Shown: positions 62,208 through 64,000 of the stretch, one piece after another
Numbering within the stretch: the stretch's first letter is position 1
How the letters are laid out: each line of letters starts with the position of its first letter
Assembly (NCBI RefSeq): GCF_049075655.1
Contig: NZ_CP157522.1
Span: forward strand, 1,344,001 to 1,408,000
Source of the DNA: Methanothermococcus sp. Ax23
Lineage (GTDB): Archaea; AGJL01; Methanococci; Methanococcales; Methanococcaceae
Length of the DNA: 64,000 nucleotides
Direction: 5' to 3'
The notes under the pieces: model-generated
Seen by the model: only the letters and a program-made list of their open reading frames with translations
Database searches by the model: none
What the model was told of the DNA's origin: nothing
Made by a program: the position numbers and the translations under genes

Positions 62208-63473
62208 ATGAAGAGAATATTAATACTCTCTATTTTGACATTAATATCGCTGATTCCCGCAACAATGGGAGCAGAAATAGGAGATGTAAATAACGATGGT
62301 TCAATAGATATTGCAGATGTGGTTTATCTGTTCAAGAACAGAAACCTTGACCTTGAAGATGGAGATTTGAACTGCGATAATTCCATAGATATTGCAGATG
62401 TGGTTTATCTCTTCAAAAACTACGATACATTTAGAAGTCCAGTTGTATTTGCTAAAACATTTAAATTAGAGCCGCACTGGGATGAAGGATATTGTTATAT
62501 GGAAGATTCAAAAGGATACAAATTTGTTTTATTAAAAGAAGGTGCAACACCACCAAATATTCCTGATGCAAAGGTAATCACAACACCAGTGAAAAGCATA
62601 GATACTATATTTTACTGCCCAATTGTTTCAACAGCTGATGTATTAAACGATTCCTCATGCTATGATACAATAAAAGGAGTTCCGAGCTCCGTCTTGAAAT
62701 ATTCATCGGAGCTCACAAAAAGATACGACGAAGGTAAGGTTGCAAATATTGGTACATCATCCAGTATGAATTATGAAGTAGTAGTTAATACAACTCCTGA
62801 TATTGTATTCTTAGGAGATTGGTCGTCCCATGACACAATGGAAGCTAAATTGAAAGAATTGGGAATTACTGTATCAAGGTTCTACACATATGATGAACCA
62901 ACATTCTTAGGAAGGATAGAGTGGGTGAAATATGCCGCTGCCTTCTGGGGAGAAGACAAATACAACAAAACAAACGATTACTTCCAAAGTGCATGGAAGA
63001 AGAAGAACGAGTTGTTAAGGACAACAAGAAACGCAAAAGACTACCCAAAAGTTGTTAATTTCTGGAAATATAGCGATACAAGCACGCCAAGTATTCCACA
63101 GGCTCAAAATTTTTACAGTAAGTTAATAAATGATTTCAGAGGAGATTATGCATTTAATGACATACCTGGAACAGGTTCTGAAAAATTAGATACTGAAACA
63201 TTTATGGAAAGGGCAACGAATGCTGATGTTGTCATATTAAGACAGTGTAGTGATATAAAAACAAAAGAAGACTTATTGGCTAAATATCCAACATCAGGCT
63301 TTGAAAACTTCAATGCGTATAAAAATGGAAGATTCTATGTTTCAAAACCTGATTATTATATATGGGAAGCAAAAGACCCGATTGGATATATGGAGGACTA
63401 TGCCAAGATGGTTCATCCAGAATTATTCCCTAATGGAGATAGTGATTTAAAATACTACATTAAGCTTCAATAA
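62208..63473 (+). CDS. Dockerin-fused ABC-type substrate-binding protein (BtuF/Fe-siderophore class)
   Basis: Signal peptide; GDVNNDGSIDIADVVYLFK x2; PVKSI, EPTFLGRIEWVK.AAAF, FNAYKNG, DYAKMVHPELF; no lipobox or TM anchor. Confidence 0.85.
   Translation: MKRILILSILTLISLIPATMGAEIGDVNNDGSIDIADVVYLFKNRNLDLEDGDLNCDNSIDIADVVYLFKNYDTFRSPVVFAKTFKLEPHWDEGYCYMEDSKGYKFVLLKEGATPPNIPDAKVITTPVKSIDTIFYCPIVSTADVLNDSSCYDTIKGVPSSVLKYSSELTKRYDEGKVANIGTSSSMNYEVVVNTTPDIVFLGDWSSHDTMEAKLKELGITVSRFYTYDEPTFLGRIEWVKYAAAFWGEDKYNKTNDYFQSAWKKKNELLRTTRNAKDYPKVVNFWKYSDTSTPSIPQAQNFYSKLINDFRGDYAFNDIPGTGSEKLDTETFMERATNADVVILRQCSDIKTKEDLLAKYPTSGFENFNAYKNGRFYVSKPDYYIWEAKDPIGYMEDYAKMVHPELFPNGDSDLKYYIKLQ
62280..62423 (+). repeat. 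Dockerin duplicated F-hand repeat
   Basis: 46 of 48 aa identical to the dockerin at 58089-58232. Confidence 0.9.
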
Positions 63474-63617
63474 ATCTTTATTTTATTAAATAAAATGAAA
63501 TTATTTTTTATTTCTATTTCTATTTTTTACTATTTCATTTTGTTTTTATATGTTTAAACATAATTTTTTTATATATAGTTTAAAATAAATAATTTTATAG
63601 ACTTATAACGTGGAATA

Positions 63618-64000
63618 ATGAAAACGATGCAAAAATATTCGGTATTTGTAAATTGGTTTAAAGATTATGTAAGCAAATATAATTTAGACCCAAAAGACCA
63701 AGAAAACATAAATTTAAAAATTTACCATACTTACCGCGTATGCGATGAAATAACTGATATTGGAAATAGTTTAAACCTAAATGAGCTCGACATGTTTTTA
63801 GCAAAAACTATTGCATTATTCCATGACATCGGAAGATTTGAACAGTATGCAAAATATAAAACATTTTCAGATGCTAAATCCGAAGACCATGCATTATTGG
63901 GTATAAAAATACTATTGGAGAATAATATACTAGGGGAGCTCGACAACTCTCATGTTGAAATAATTATAAATGCAATTAAATATCACAACAAAGCAAAAAT
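63618..64000 (+). CDS. HD-domain phosphohydrolase, 3'-truncated by the window edge
   Basis: Manual translation: MKTMQKYS...LKIYHTYRV...IALFHDIGRFEQY...DHALLG. Confidence 0.85.
   Translation, partial: MKTMQKYSVFVNWFKDYVSKYNLDPKDQENINLKIYHTYRVCDEITDIGNSLNLNELDMFLAKTIALFHDIGRFEQYAKYKTFSDAKSEDHALLGIKILLENNILGELDNSHVEIIINAIKYHNKAK

Overview
AT-rich archaeal chromosome segment, most likely from a Methanococcales methanogen (GGTGA ribosome-binding sites, hdrBC, ehbN, TBP, rpl1-rpl10-rpl12, marker protein 11, arcS). Layout: (1) 1-16 kb, a surface-glycan locus with a GT9 heptosyltransferase-like gene, five GT4s, two radical SAM/SPASM enzymes, two methyltransferases, an acetyltransferase, a flippase and a gmhA-hldC-hldA-gmhB NDP-heptose pathway; (2) 16-53 kb, mostly housekeeping, energy, copper and cobamide genes, plus two inverted copies of a ~380 bp non-autonomous IS200/IS605-type element and an IS5-family element that splits an AbiH/SIR2-like gene; (3) 53.6-63.5 kb, a six-gene cohesin-dockerin locus in which dockerin-tagged ABC-type solute-binding proteins sit beside S-layer-anchored and membrane-anchored cohesin scaffolds. 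The two strongest leads are that cellulosome-like uptake scaffold and a strong over-representation of the palindrome GAGCTC (at least 68 copies by hand count versus about 4 expected). All family assignments are by motif recognition only; no searches were run.
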